Shown here: piece after piece, positions 17,020-27,352 of the stretch
How positions within the stretch are numbered: the first letter of the stretch is position 1
Layout of the letters: every line of letters begins with the position of its first letter
Source of the DNA: a virus
Lineage: Duplodnaviria > Caudoviricetes
DNA: 42,652 nt
IMG/VR virus record: IMGVR_UViG_3300047440_000108
Coordinates: 1-42,652 of that record
Strand: one strand, 5' to 3'
The notes under the pieces: generated by a model
Database searches by the model: none
What the model was told of the DNA's origin: nothing
Seen by the model: the letters and a program-made list of their open reading frames with translations, nothing else
Position numbers and translations under genes: made by a program

Positions 17020-19152
17020 ATGCCCCAGATCCAAACCTACGACGACCATGTGACCGCGCAGGGCGGCATCGCGGCGCAGGCGACGCCGAACTCTTTTGGC
17101 GCGCAACTCGGTCAAGCTACGCAAGGGTTGGGCGGCGCGTTGATGGAAGCCGGCCTGTCGGTGCAGCAGTACAACCAGACGCAGGACGTGACCAACGTCC
17201 ACGTCAACATGGCCAAGTCGCGCACCGAGTGGACTAAGACGGCACAGGATCGCGCCAACGCCGCGCAGCCTGGCGACGAGACTTACGCGCCGACGATGAT
17301 GAAGGACATGGAAGACTACTTCCAGAAGGGCATCGAGTCGGCGCAGACGGCCAAGGGCAAGCAGCTGTATCGCTCGCTGGCCGCCAACATGACCAGTGAG
17401 TTCACGCAGCGCGCCATCGGCGTGCAGGGCGACCTGGCCGCCAAGGACGCGGTGAACAAGTACGAACTGCTGGCTGCATCGGCAGGCGTTACCGCGGCCC
17501 AGGACGTGACGCAGCTGAACGCGGCGATCTCGGACGGTGTGCGCGCGATCGACGATCCCGATGGCATGTTCGCCAAGATCCCACAGCCGGCGCGTGACAA
17601 GCTCAAGCAGCAGTTGGAGCAGGATGTGAAGTTCGCCGCCGGCAGCGGTTTCGTGCGCACGCCCGAAGGCTCGGCGGCGCTGCTGAAGTCGATCGCCCCG
17701 GAAATGCTGCAGCAGTTCAAACCAAGCGAAGGCCTGGTCAAGGCGAACTCCGCGCCCGGCGCGACCGCCAAGATCGGCGCCAGCACCATGAAGTGGGCGC
17801 CGCAGGTGCAAGCCGCGGCGGCCAGCAAGGGGCTCAATTCCAACATCCTGCTGGCGCAGATCCAGCAGGAGAGCAACGGCAACCCCAACGCGGTGGGGCC
17901 GCAGACCAAGTACGGCACGGCCAAGGGGCTGACCCAGTTCATCGACGACACGGCTAAGGCCTACGGCGTCGACGTGGCCAAGCCTGAGTCCGCAATCGCC
18001 GGCCAGGCAGCGATGATGAGCGACATGCTCAAGAAGTACGGCGGTGACTACTCCAAGGCGTTGGCGGCCTACAACTGGGGCTCGGGCAATCTCGACGGCG
18101 CGTTGCAGCGCTGGGGCAACGACTGGCGCAGCCACCTGCCGAGCGAGACCACCGACTACGTCGCCAGCATCTTGGCCAACTCGGGCAGCGTGACGGGCAA
18201 CCCGACGCTGGCCGAAGCCACGCCGGGAGTGACCGGACAGTCGCCACCCGACACGTCACAGCGACCGCCGGTCTCGTCCACCCTGCCCTTCATGAATGGG
18301 CTGACATGGCAGCAGCAGGAGCACCTGGTCACGAAGTCGGTGCAGATCCAAAGCATGCAGCTGTCGATGGCCCACCGTGCGCGCGAGGAAGCCGACTACC
18401 AGCTGAAGAAGCAGCGCGAAGCCGCGTCCACCCAGTACATCAACCGCATCATCGACCCGGCGGCCAATGGCGGCACGCCCACTGACCAGGAGATCACGGC
18501 CAACCCGGTGCTGTCCTGGCAGGAGAAGCAGCACATGGCTGACTACAAGCTGACGCGTCAGCGCGAGCTCACCGCGGCCTCGGAGCCGAAATCGAACCCG
18601 GTGGCGGTGCGTCAGTTGATGCTGCAGATCCACGCGGCCGACGACGACCCAACCAAGACCTACAGCTTCGATCCTGTCATGGAGGCGTACCGCAACGGCA
18701 GCATCTCCACGCCTGAGATGAAGCTGCTGCGCACTGAGGTCGAGCAGATGAAGGACGGCACCGGCAACAGCTTCCAGAAGCAGATGCAGATGGCGCGCGA
18801 GAAAGCCTACGGCACATTCGCCAAGTCGTTCGAGGCGGGCCTGCCCGGCGGATCGGCGATGGCCAACGACGCCTACTACCGTTTCACGCGTGACCTGAAC
18901 GACAGAACGGACGCGCTGCGCAAAGAGAACAAGGACCCCGGCGTGCTGCTCGACCCGAAGTCGCGCGAGTACATGCTGTCGCCAGAACGCATGCAGACCT
19001 ACTGGCCCAACGCTTCCACCATCATGGCGCAGCAGGCCGGCAAGACCGTACAGCAGACGGTGAAGGCGCTCCCAACGCACAACGACTACGACAAACTGAA
19101 GAAGGGCGACTCGTACACTGACCCCAAGGGTAACGTGCGGGTGAAGGGCTGA
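17020..19152 (+). CDS. Internal virion protein with lytic transglycosylase domain
   Basis: SLT motifs QESNGNPNAV, AKGLTQF, ALAAYNWGSG, ETTDYV. Confidence 0.9.
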   Translation: MPQIQTYDDHVTAQGGIAAQATPNSFGAQLGQATQGLGGALMEAGLSVQQYNQTQDVTNVHVNMAKSRTEWTKTAQDRANAAQPGDETYAPTMMKDMEDYFQKGIESAQTAKGKQLYRSLAANMTSEFTQRAIGVQGDLAAKDAVNKYELLAASAGVTAAQDVTQLNAAISDGVRAIDDPDGMFAKIPQPARDKLKQQLEQDVKFAAGSGFVRTPEGSAALLKSIAPEMLQQFKPSEGLVKANSAPGATAKIGASTMKWAPQVQAAAASKGLNSNILLAQIQQESNGNPNAVGPQTKYGTAKGLTQFIDDTAKAYGVDVAKPESAIAGQAAMMSDMLKKYGGDYSKALAAYNWGSGNLDGALQRWGNDWRSHLPSETTDYVASILANSGSVTGNPTLAEATPGVTGQSPPDTSQRPPVSSTLPFMNGLTWQQQEHLVTKSVQIQSMQLSMAHRAREEADYQLKKQREAASTQYINRIIDPAANGGTPTDQEITANPVLSWQEKQHMADYKLTRQRELTAASEPKSNPVAVRQLMLQIHAADDDPTKTYSFDPVMEAYRNGSISTPEMKLLRTEVEQMKDGTGNSFQKQMQMAREKAYGTFAKSFEAGLPGGSAMANDAYYRFTRDLNDRTDALRKENKDPGVLLDPKSREYMLSPERMQTYWPNASTIMAQQAGKTVQQTVKALPTHNDYDKLKKGDSYTDPKGNVRVKG

Positions 19153-19153
19153 T

Positions 19154-22100
19154 ATGGGTTGGCAGGATGACGCGATCGTAGAACCTGCTGCAGCGCCTGC
19201 GGCCAAGCAGCCGTGGGAGAACGACGCCATCGTGGCGCCGGCCGCCGGCCCGCGCGTCGCCAGCGGCATCGGCGAAGCCTGGCAGGCCGGATACCAGGGC
19301 TCGATCCCCGGCCTGGTCGATCGCGGCAAGCTGCCCGACATCGTGCTCGACCCCCATCACTCGACCTGGTATGAGAAGCTGACCGCCAGTGCCTCGCACA
19401 TGGTCAACGAACTGCCCGAGATGATGGCGGGCGCTGCGGCGGGCGCTCCCGCTGGCGCAGCGGTTGGCGGCGCGGGCGGCGCGCTCTTTGCTGGCGTTGG
19501 CGCTTTGCCCGGCGCAGCCGTTGGCGGCATCGTCGGCGGCGGCGCAGGCGCCTTCGCCATCCCCACCGCGATCCGCGAGAGCCTGGTCCAGTACTACGAG
19601 CAGCGCGATGGCGTGAGCTCGGCCGACTTCCTGACGCGCGCCGGCATCGTCATCAAGGCCACTGGCAAGGACGCGCTGATCGGCGCAGCCACGGCCGGCG
19701 CTGGCGCAGGTGTCGGCAAGCTGGTTGCGCCCGTGTTGGGCGGAGCTGTAATGGCGGGCAAGATCGGTGCGCGAACGGCACGGGTCGGCACGGACGTGGC
19801 CACGGTCGGCGCTGAAGTCGGCACGCTGACCGTGGCGCCCGCCGCGCTCGAAGGTCGCCTGCCGGAGCCCGAGGACTTCATGAACGCCGCCATCCTGGTC
19901 GGCGGCCTGAAGGGCGCTCACGCCACCGCAAGCCGGCTGCGCCAGGTCTACGCCGAGACCGGCAAGCGGCCCGAGCAGGTGCTGGCTGATGCGCAGAAGG
20001 ATCCGACGATTGCGGCTGAACTGAGCGCGCCTCCTGCTGTGGAGCCACAGATTTTCGCCGTGCTCGGTACGCCCGGTGAAGTCGGCGCGCAGCGCGTTAT
20101 GCCTGACGGGACAAAGCAGCGGCTGCTCCGCAAAGAAGACGGCACGATGTTCTGGGGCGAGCACCGTGAAGTTATCGACTACACCGGCGCTAAGAGCGTC
20201 GAGGGCGCTGACGCTTTAGCAGAGCCCGCCGTATTCAAGACTGCCAAGGAAGCGCGCGAGGCCGGTGCCGCAGTAGAAGGTGGAGCCGAAGCAAAGACGC
20301 CCACTGCGCGCGACGCCAAGGCAGAGTTGGCTGCAGCCACCACCGCGCTGCCAGAAGGGCTGGCGCTCAAGGAGACGCCCAGCGGCTTCGAGGTGACCAA
20401 CGCCGAAGGCCAGCGGGTCGGCTACCTCAACGACAACCTGAAGCGCGGCCAAGCCGCAATGATCGACGAGAGCGCCAACGTCGACATGGTGCTGGTGAAC
20501 GAAGACGCCCGCGGTCAAGGCGTGGGCCGCGCGCTGTACGCCGCCTTCTACGAGAAGCATGACGGGCGCATCCTGCCATCCGGCAAAACCGAGCAGGCTG
20601 CGTGGGACACCTGGAAGCGCAACTACCCGGAGAAGGTCGACGTTTTCGTTGAATCGGAAGCCGCGCGCATCCGCGATGGCGCCAGCTCTGAGCTGGTGCT
20701 GGGCAACATCAAGGACCCAGAGATCCGCACCCGCGTGGCCGAAGCAGCCCAAGGCCCCGCACCCGAGGAGGCAGCGAAGCCCACGGGTGAGCTGAGCCTG
20801 GCGCCGATGGAAGCCGCACACAGCCCTTGGTTTGCCGGCAGCAAGGTTGTCACACCGGAAGGTCAGCCGCAGGTCGTCTTCCATGGTACGACAGCGGACA
20901 TCAAGACGTTTTCTAGCGAGCACCTTGGCGCGACCACCGCTGCCGACAGCGCAAAAGGCGGGTTTTTCTTCACTGACCACCCAGGTGTGGCGTCCACCTA
21001 CGCCACAGATTTCATGGGCCGTTCGACCCACGAAGCCAAGCGAGCACTGGACGCAGCCAAGGCTGCGGGTGACGAAGTAAAAACGGCGGAGGCGCAGGCT
21101 GCTCTTGACGCAGCGCTAGCCTCAGAGAAGAAAACGCGCGTGGCCGAGGGCGCCAACGTTGTCCCGGTATACCTGTCGCTCAAGAACCCACTGGAGATCG
21201 ACTTCGCAGGCAAGCCGTATGCGGAAGGCGCCATTACAGACGCCATCGCCAAGGCGAAAGCAGAGGGTCGCGACGGGGTTATCTTCAGGTCGATCAACGA
21301 CGACCCGAACGAACGGCGCCCCTCGACGGTCTACGTAGCGTTTGACGCCAAGCAGATAAAAAGCGCGATCGCTGAGCGTTCAGCGGTCTCTGAAGTCCCC
21401 CGCGCCTACCAGGCCGAAGCGCTGCAGAACCGCGCCAACGACATCGTGCCTGGCGTCAAGACCGAGGAGGTTCGCACCGAACCATTCGGCCCGGTGACAC
21501 AGGTAGCCGGTGAGCCGGCCAAGCCGACCGAGATCAACTACAACTTCATGCACACGACGGAGGACGCCAAGGCTGCACTGGCCCGGCTGTCCAAGGTCTA
21601 TGAAGCTGAGATCCAGACCCAGCGACGCGGCACGGTGACATGGGAGCAGACTCAGGTCGAAGCTGGCCAGCACATCGCTGACCTGCTGGGTTCAACCACG
21701 CCGTTCGAGCCGCGCGCACCCGGCCAGGCCGCCGGCGCTGCCGAGCTGCTGGCGCGCAAGCAGATGCTGCAGGGCGCCGCCGAGGACATGGCGGTCAAGG
21801 CGCGCAAGTTCCTGGAAACGCCGGAAGAGTTGCGCACTGCGCTGCAAACCGCCGAGTATCTGGCCAGCATCGAGCGCGCCGCGATGATCCAGGCCGAGTT
21901 CCTGGGGGCCCGCGCCGAGACCGGCCGCGCGTTGAACATCCTCAAGGAAACCAAGCTCACCGCCGAGCGCGCCGAGCACATCCAGGAGCTGATCTCCCGC
22001 TACGGCAAGGACCCGGCCCAGCTCGCCGAGATGATGGCCGCGCTGGACAATCCAGCCGCTGCGCTGAAGTTCGCCAAGGAAGCCCAGAAGTCGACCACCT

Positions 22101-23755
22101 GGGAGAAGTTGATCGAAGCGTGGAAGGCGGGCCTGGTGTCGGGCCCGATCACGCAGGTGGCCAACGTCGCCGGCAACACCACCTTCATGGCGGTGCGGCC
22201 CGTGGTCGACACGGTGGCGGCCAGCATCGGCCTGGTGACACGGGCACCGGACCGCGTCCGCATGGTCGAGCCGCTGGCCCGCGTGGTCGGCAACCTGCAG
22301 GGCGTGTCGGATGGTCTGCGCATGGCGCGCGTCGCGTTCATGGAAGACGCGCCGGCGGGCAAGGCGGACCAGTTCAAGCAGGCGATCCCGGGCACGGCCG
22401 GCTACGTGATCCGCACCCCGTTCCGCGCGCTGAGTGCGATGGACGCGATCTTCCGCAGCATGGCCGAGCGCGGCGAGGCCAACGCCATCGGCGCCCGCGA
22501 GGCAGCGCGTGAGGGTTACAACCCGGCGACCCGCGAGTTCCGCGAGCGCATGGCCGAGATCGCGCAGAACCTGACGCCCGAGCAGACCAAGCTGGTCGAG
22601 GACTTCGCCACCCGGGCCACCTTCCAGGCCAAGCCTGGCGCCAAGGCGATGTGGTGGTTCAAGGCCCTCAACGAGACCCCAGGCTCCGAGCTGATCGTGC
22701 CGTTCAAGACCACGCCGCTCAACGTGTTCAAGGAAGCCGCGCGCATCAGCCCGCTGGCGCCACTGGTCGGCGAGTGGCGCGCAGCGCTCGCCAAGGGCGG
22801 GCCTGAAGCGCAACGGGCCTGGGCTGAGCTGGCGGTGGGCACCGGCATCGCCGCGCTCACCACGGCATGGGCGGTGTCCGGCAACATCTCGGGCAACGGT
22901 GACCCGGACCCCAACAAACGCCGCGCCATGATGGCCTCAGGCTGGCAGCCCTACTCGATCAAGGTCGGCGACACCTGGTACAGCTACCAGCGCATGGCGC
23001 CGCTTGGCCTGGTGATCGGCGCGGCCGCGGACGCTGCCGACATCTACCAGCACGCCACACCAGAAGAGAACGGCAAGATCGCCAAGATGGTGGCCGCGAT
23101 GTTCGCCAACGCGGTGACCAACGCCACTTTCCTGCAAGGCGTCACCCAGCTCAACAACGTCATCAACGATCCGCAGCGCTACGGCCCGGCCTGGGTCCGC
23201 AGCCTGGCAGCCAGCCCGATACCGGCCGTGGTGTCGCAGACGGCGCAGCTGATGGACCCCTACCAGCGCGAGATCGGCAGCGTCACCGAAGCGATCAAAG
23301 GCCGCATCCCCGGTTTGAGGGAAGGGTTGACCCCTACCCGTGACATCTTCGGCGAGCCGGTGCCGAACCCCAACACCATCGCCGCAGTCAAGGTGTCGAC
23401 CGAGAGCGACGACCCGGTGCGCAAGGAAGCCGCGCGCCTGGGGGTCGGATCACCGGAAGCGCCGAAGACGATCGAACTCCCCTCCGGCGGCACCAAGCTT
23501 GGCAAGGTGCAGCTCACGCAGGAGCAGCGCGACGTGTTCGGCAGCGAGGCTGGCCACATGGCGCACGACATCATGACGCCGATGGTCAACTCGCCAGGCT
23601 GGCAGTACATGCCCGACTTCGCCAAGCAGAAAGCCTTCAAGATGGTGTTCGAGAAAGCGAACGAGTTTGGCAAGTACAAAGCGCTGAGTTCGGAGCAGAG
23701 GCAGACCGAGATCCAGCGCATCACCACCGACATCAGCAAGAAGCTCACCCAATGA
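19154..23755 (+). CDS. Large polyvalent internal virion protein (GNAT-like and ART-like inserts, LPD38-like C-terminus)
   Basis: ARGQGVGRALY acetyl-CoA motif; VFHGT...GFFFT...YA...VPVYLSLKNP...DGVIF...VAFD..QIKS; WQPYSIKVGDTWYSY. Confidence 0.85.
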   Translation: MGWQDDAIVEPAAAPAAKQPWENDAIVAPAAGPRVASGIGEAWQAGYQGSIPGLVDRGKLPDIVLDPHHSTWYEKLTASASHMVNELPEMMAGAAAGAPAGAAVGGAGGALFAGVGALPGAAVGGIVGGGAGAFAIPTAIRESLVQYYEQRDGVSSADFLTRAGIVIKATGKDALIGAATAGAGAGVGKLVAPVLGGAVMAGKIGARTARVGTDVATVGAEVGTLTVAPAALEGRLPEPEDFMNAAILVGGLKGAHATASRLRQVYAETGKRPEQVLADAQKDPTIAAELSAPPAVEPQIFAVLGTPGEVGAQRVMPDGTKQRLLRKEDGTMFWGEHREVIDYTGAKSVEGADALAEPAVFKTAKEAREAGAAVEGGAEAKTPTARDAKAELAAATTALPEGLALKETPSGFEVTNAEGQRVGYLNDNLKRGQAAMIDESANVDMVLVNEDARGQGVGRALYAAFYEKHDGRILPSGKTEQAAWDTWKRNYPEKVDVFVESEAARIRDGASSELVLGNIKDPEIRTRVAEAAQGPAPEEAAKPTGELSLAPMEAAHSPWFAGSKVVTPEGQPQVVFHGTTADIKTFSSEHLGATTAADSAKGGFFFTDHPGVASTYATDFMGRSTHEAKRALDAAKAAGDEVKTAEAQAALDAALASEKKTRVAEGANVVPVYLSLKNPLEIDFAGKPYAEGAITDAIAKAKAEGRDGVIFRSINDDPNERRPSTVYVAFDAKQIKSAIAERSAVSEVPRAYQAEALQNRANDIVPGVKTEEVRTEPFGPVTQVAGEPAKPTEINYNFMHTTEDAKAALARLSKVYEAEIQTQRRGTVTWEQTQVEAGQHIADLLGSTTPFEPRAPGQAAGAAELLARKQMLQGAAEDMAVKARKFLETPEELRTALQTAEYLASIERAAMIQAEFLGARAETGRALNILKETKLTAERAEHIQELISRYGKDPAQLAEMMAALDNPAAALKFAKEAQKSTTWEKLIEAWKAGLVSGPITQVANVAGNTTFMAVRPVVDTVAASIGLVTRAPDRVRMVEPLARVVGNLQGVSDGLRMARVAFMEDAPAGKADQFKQAIPGTAGYVIRTPFRALSAMDAIFRSMAERGEANAIGAREAAREGYNPATREFRERMAEIAQNLTPEQTKLVEDFATRATFQAKPGAKAMWWFKALNETPGSELIVPFKTTPLNVFKEAARISPLAPLVGEWRAALAKGGPEAQRAWAELAVGTGIAALTTAWAVSGNISGNGDPDPNKRRAMMASGWQPYSIKVGDTWYSYQRMAPLGLVIGAAADAADIYQHATPEENGKIAKMVAAMFANAVTNATFLQGVTQLNNVINDPQRYGPAWVRSLAASPIPAVVSQTAQLMDPYQREIGSVTEAIKGRIPGLREGLTPTRDIFGEPVPNPNTIAAVKVSTESDDPVRKEAARLGVGSPEAPKTIELPSGGTKLGKVQLTQEQRDVFGSEAGHMAHDIMTPMVNSPGWQYMPDFAKQKAFKMVFEKANEFGKYKALSSEQRQTEIQRITTDISKKLTQ

Positions 23756-23757
23756 TG

Positions 23758-23792
23758 TTGAGCAACCCCCAACGGCTTGCGATAATGCCAAC
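23758..23792 (+). promoter_or_regulatory. Sigma70-like promoter for the tailspike/lysis block with operator-like site (23776-23792)
   Basis: TTGAGC-17 nt-GATAAT; CTTGCGATAATGCCAAC. Confidence 0.6.
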
Positions 23793-23799
23793 CACCCCC

Positions 23800-23820
23800 G
23801 GCCCCCGAACGGACAAGGCC
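23800..23820 (+). promoter_or_regulatory. ACAA-bulge RNA hairpin, copy 2 (tailspike leader)
   Basis: GGCC-C-CCG-AA-CGG-ACAA-GGCC. Confidence 0.55.
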
Positions 23821-23843
23821 CGCACTCCTACGCAGGAAATGCC

Positions 23844-26423
23844 ATGACCGTTCAATCAACGACAGCTCGCGCGGACTACGACGGCAACGGCGCAACTACG
23901 CTGTTCCCCATCCCGTTCTACTTCCTGTTGAACACTGACCTGACGGTGATCCTGACCGACGAAGGCGTGTTGCCCGTTACGGTGGTCACGTTGGCGCTGG
24001 GCACGGATTACACGGTGGCCGGTGTGGCCAACCCGGCGGGCGGTTCGATCACCACCACGTTGGCGCCGACCAGCACGCAGCGCATCTCGATCCTGCGCAG
24101 CGTTCCCTACACACAGCTCAAGCACTACGTTCCCAACGACCCGTTCCCGGCGGCCAGCCACGAGGTGGCGCTGGACAAGCTGACGATGGAGACGCAGCAG
24201 TTGGCCGAGGTGCAGTCGCGTGCGCTGACGCTACCACCTAACACCGATCCCAGCACAGTGTCGCCGGTCCTGCCGCCTCCCGAGTCCAACAAACTGATCG
24301 GCTGGAACCAGGCTGCTGACGCGCTGCAGAACGTTGACGCCGGCACACTGGCTACCATCGTTGCCTACGGGACGGCAAACGCCGATCTGTTCAGCGGCAA
24401 CGGCGTGCAGACCGCGTTCGCGTTGACCGCCAATCCCGGCGTGCAGGCCAACCTTGACGTCGCGATCAGCGGCGTCACACAGCGCCCCGGCATCGACTAC
24501 ACCTGGGCTGGCGGCACCACGCTGACATTCACGGTCGCGCCTCCTGTCGGCACGAACAACGTCCTCGCGCGTTACATGCAGGGCCTGCCGCAGGGGTTCT
24601 CGGACAGCGGCGCGTCTGCGTTCTCGCACACAACGCTGTACGGCCCAGGGTCGGTCGGCCTGGCGTTACAGACCGCCATCAACATCAAGAACGCGCCGTA
24701 CAACGCCAGGCTTGATGGTGTGACGGACGACACCGCCGCGCTGTTCAGTGCCAACGCACGCGCCGTGGCGGTCGGATCGCTGCTGCTTATCCCAGGCCCG
24801 TGTCACGTCGCGTCCCCAATCACTGTGACGGCCCCCCTAGTCGATACGGTGAACTCGATGTTCTCGCTGACCAGCCAGGTCACGATCGACAACGGACTTC
24901 CGGTACGACCGGAATGGTTCGGCACTGCGGCCAGTCCGTACCGCGCAGCACAGGCGTTGCCGCAGCCAAGGGGTGGGGTGGTGGCGCTGCGGAACCGCAC
25001 CTACCCGAGTTGTGGGTTTGCGTATAACGGCGTCTTCATGGACCGCGACAACCTTGTGTTTCGGGGCGAGCAGATGCCGCAGCTCGCCAACGACTGCCGT
25101 TCGCTGACTGGCGGAACCATCATCAACGGCACCTTCTACGTCTACGCGAACAACGTGACGATTGAAAATCTTGGGATAGACACCGGCGCCGCCTACCTCG
25201 GGGCAGGCGTACCGAATGATGCGATGATCTGTAGCTACGGAAATGACGCACTGAAAACAGCAGGCACGCTCAAGAAGGGCCTGCGCCTGCACAACGTGAT
25301 TGGGCTGTGCAAGACGCCGTCAGGGCTTACGCACTCCATGCTGGCTGGTGAGGGCTACACAGACGTTACGCTGACTGGCGACATCACGGGCTGCTACGGC
25401 ACGCACGGGGTTGTGCTGAAGTGCAGGCAAGTCAAAGGGGCTGGTGCCAGCATCAATGGCTACTTGAACGACACCGAAGGGTTCATCATCAAGACAGATT
25501 CCCACGGATCGGATGCATCGACTGATGTCTCGATCGGTAGTGTGAACGTCTTTCAGGATGGGCCGGATGGTTGGGCGCCTTACCTTACTTCAGCATCTGC
25601 GTCGAGTATCGGCGTGCTTATCCATGCCTTCGCTGGAAACATTGGGAACACTAAGGTTGGGCACATCAATGAGCGTGGGCATTCCTACGGGATGAAGTGG
25701 CAGATCGATGGTAACTACATCATCGATAACGTGCAGATCGATAGCGTGACAACTGAGACTAACTCCATCAGTGGGGTCAGTATTGAGACCGGCTTTGCCT
25801 TGGCCTCTTACCAACGTTGCCAAATTGGTCTGGTTGTTGCTAGAAATGCCCCGCTCGGCGCAGTCTTTGTGTGGCAAACAGCGGCAGACGTCTCTATCGA
25901 TCAATTGCGGGTTGTCAATTGCGCTACTGCCGCGGTCGCTGCGAGCGCCGTAGCTAATCCAGTCATCCACACACTGATGGCTGAAAACTGCGCTGCTGTG
26001 TGGCAGATTACTAGCACAGCAAAGCCGCGATGCGGTCAGCGCTTTATGCTAGGGTCAACCTCCATCGACTACACATCAGCCGGAGGCGGGCAAGTTCCGA
26101 CCCTGGCAGGTACGTGGGCGCAGTTCCCAGGAGAGCAGACTTGGGGTGTTGAGCTAAACAATTACGGTGTGCGCTTGCGTGGGTTGCTGTCCCCGGGCGC
26201 GGGTGTCCCCCCAGTCAACAACGTCATCAACCTTCCGCAGTTCGCCCGACCCCCGCAGAACCTACGCGTCATTGGTGTGGGAAGCGGCGGAGCTGGCTAC
26301 GGCCCGGTTCCAATCACAGTCGGCCCTGCAGGTATCGTAGTGATCAACGAGGCCGCAGGCGGTGTCGCTAATGCCAGCACTTGGATGTCGCTCGCCGGCA
26401 TTGCCTGGGCGATGGACCTGTGA
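23844..26423 (+). CDS. Tail fiber / tailspike with probable beta-helix depolymerase
   Basis: T7-fiber-like anchor YDGNGATTLFPIPF...LDKLTM; INIKNAPYNARLDGVTDDTAA start of a pectin-lyase-like fold; less GC-biased C-terminal half. Confidence 0.88.
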   Translation: MTVQSTTARADYDGNGATTLFPIPFYFLLNTDLTVILTDEGVLPVTVVTLALGTDYTVAGVANPAGGSITTTLAPTSTQRISILRSVPYTQLKHYVPNDPFPAASHEVALDKLTMETQQLAEVQSRALTLPPNTDPSTVSPVLPPPESNKLIGWNQAADALQNVDAGTLATIVAYGTANADLFSGNGVQTAFALTANPGVQANLDVAISGVTQRPGIDYTWAGGTTLTFTVAPPVGTNNVLARYMQGLPQGFSDSGASAFSHTTLYGPGSVGLALQTAINIKNAPYNARLDGVTDDTAALFSANARAVAVGSLLLIPGPCHVASPITVTAPLVDTVNSMFSLTSQVTIDNGLPVRPEWFGTAASPYRAAQALPQPRGGVVALRNRTYPSCGFAYNGVFMDRDNLVFRGEQMPQLANDCRSLTGGTIINGTFYVYANNVTIENLGIDTGAAYLGAGVPNDAMICSYGNDALKTAGTLKKGLRLHNVIGLCKTPSGLTHSMLAGEGYTDVTLTGDITGCYGTHGVVLKCRQVKGAGASINGYLNDTEGFIIKTDSHGSDASTDVSIGSVNVFQDGPDGWAPYLTSASASSIGVLIHAFAGNIGNTKVGHINERGHSYGMKWQIDGNYIIDNVQIDSVTTETNSISGVSIETGFALASYQRCQIGLVVARNAPLGAVFVWQTAADVSIDQLRVVNCATAAVAASAVANPVIHTLMAENCAAVWQITSTAKPRCGQRFMLGSTSIDYTSAGGGQVPTLAGTWAQFPGEQTWGVELNNYGVRLRGLLSPGAGVPPVNNVINLPQFARPPQNLRVIGVGSGGAGYGPVPITVGPAGIVVINEAAGGVANASTWMSLAGIAWAMDL

Positions 26424-26436
26424 ACCAAGGAGCAAC

Positions 26437-26556
26437 ATGAAACCCATCCGTACTTTGATCGCCAACGCCCTGCAGCGGCTCGCTGACAAGATCCGCCCGC
26501 TGCCGGCGCCTGGCCCCAAACCACTAGGCGGCGGTGGCGGCCATGCTGAAGAGTGA
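26437..26556 (+). CDS. 39-aa peptide (amphipathic helix, Pro linker, GGGGGHAEE tail)
   Basis: Strong AAGGAG SD; TGATG coupling to the next gene. Confidence 0.75.
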   Translation: MKPIRTLIANALQRLADKIRPLPAPGPKPLGGGGGHAEE

Positions 26557-26948
26557 TGCGGCTGAACATCATCGTCCTGCTGCTGGCGGCATTCGTGCTG
26601 GTAGCGCCTGACGTGATCGCGATGGTGTTCTATGCACCCGCCGAACAGCTCCGAGCCGTCAAAGCCTGGGAGTACATCACCCATGGGCTTGGGGCTGGCG
26701 CTCTCGCTGGTCTTGTTGGGGTACTTGCTTGGGGGCGGACTGGACTTCTCAGCGCGCTGCCTGTCCCGATGTGGCTTGCGTTTGAAGAAACTCAGCGCGG
26801 TGTGTGCCGCCTGGCTTACCCGATAGGCAGCGCACCGCCGCCTGCCGTCGAGTTGTTCAACGGGTTGTGTGGTCAATTCTGGTACTCGGCGTGCCTCCTG
26901 GCGCTGGCAGTATTTGCGGCATGGATTGCCTACAAGGGGGAGAAGTAA
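26556..26948 (+). CDS. Multi-pass membrane protein
   Basis: About four hydrophobic segments; FEETQRGVC and GLC; TAATG coupling downstream. Confidence 0.75.
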   Translation: MRLNIIVLLLAAFVLVAPDVIAMVFYAPAEQLRAVKAWEYITHGLGAGALAGLVGVLAWGRTGLLSALPVPMWLAFEETQRGVCRLAYPIGSAPPPAVELFNGLCGQFWYSACLLALAVFAAWIAYKGEK

Positions 26949-27352
26949 TGAGTGAACCAACAACCATGGCGGCAGCCACCTGCACGCTCGCCAGTGGAGG
27001 GCTGACGGCAGCCTGCATGGCGGCCATGGGCATCAACCCCACGGACATGATCGCGGGCCTGCTGGGTTGCATCGCTGTGCAGTCCCTGTTGCATTCCGCT
27101 ACACCTCGCCCGTTCAGGCAAATCGCAGCCATTACCATTGGCGGCATGGTGCTTGCGTCGGTTCTTGCGCCCCTGGCGGCGCCCTGGTTTGTCGACCAGT
27201 TCGCCAGCTGGGCCCCGAAGGTGGCTGCAGAGTCGGTACGCGCAGCCATGGCGGCGCTGATCGCTGGCTTCGCACAGGGTCTCTTGAACCGCATCGCGGG
27301 CTACGTCCGCGGCGAGAAGATCTCGATTGTCGAGGAGGCGAAAGATGCTTGA
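26948..27352 (+). CDS. Putative holin
   Basis: MSEPTT N-terminus, 3-4 TM segments, charged C-terminus, upstream of spanins. Confidence 0.6.
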   Translation: MSEPTTMAAATCTLASGGLTAACMAAMGINPTDMIAGLLGCIAVQSLLHSATPRPFRQIAAITIGGMVLASVLAPLAAPWFVDQFASWAPKVAAESVRAAMAALIAGFAQGLLNRIAGYVRGEKISIVEEAKDA

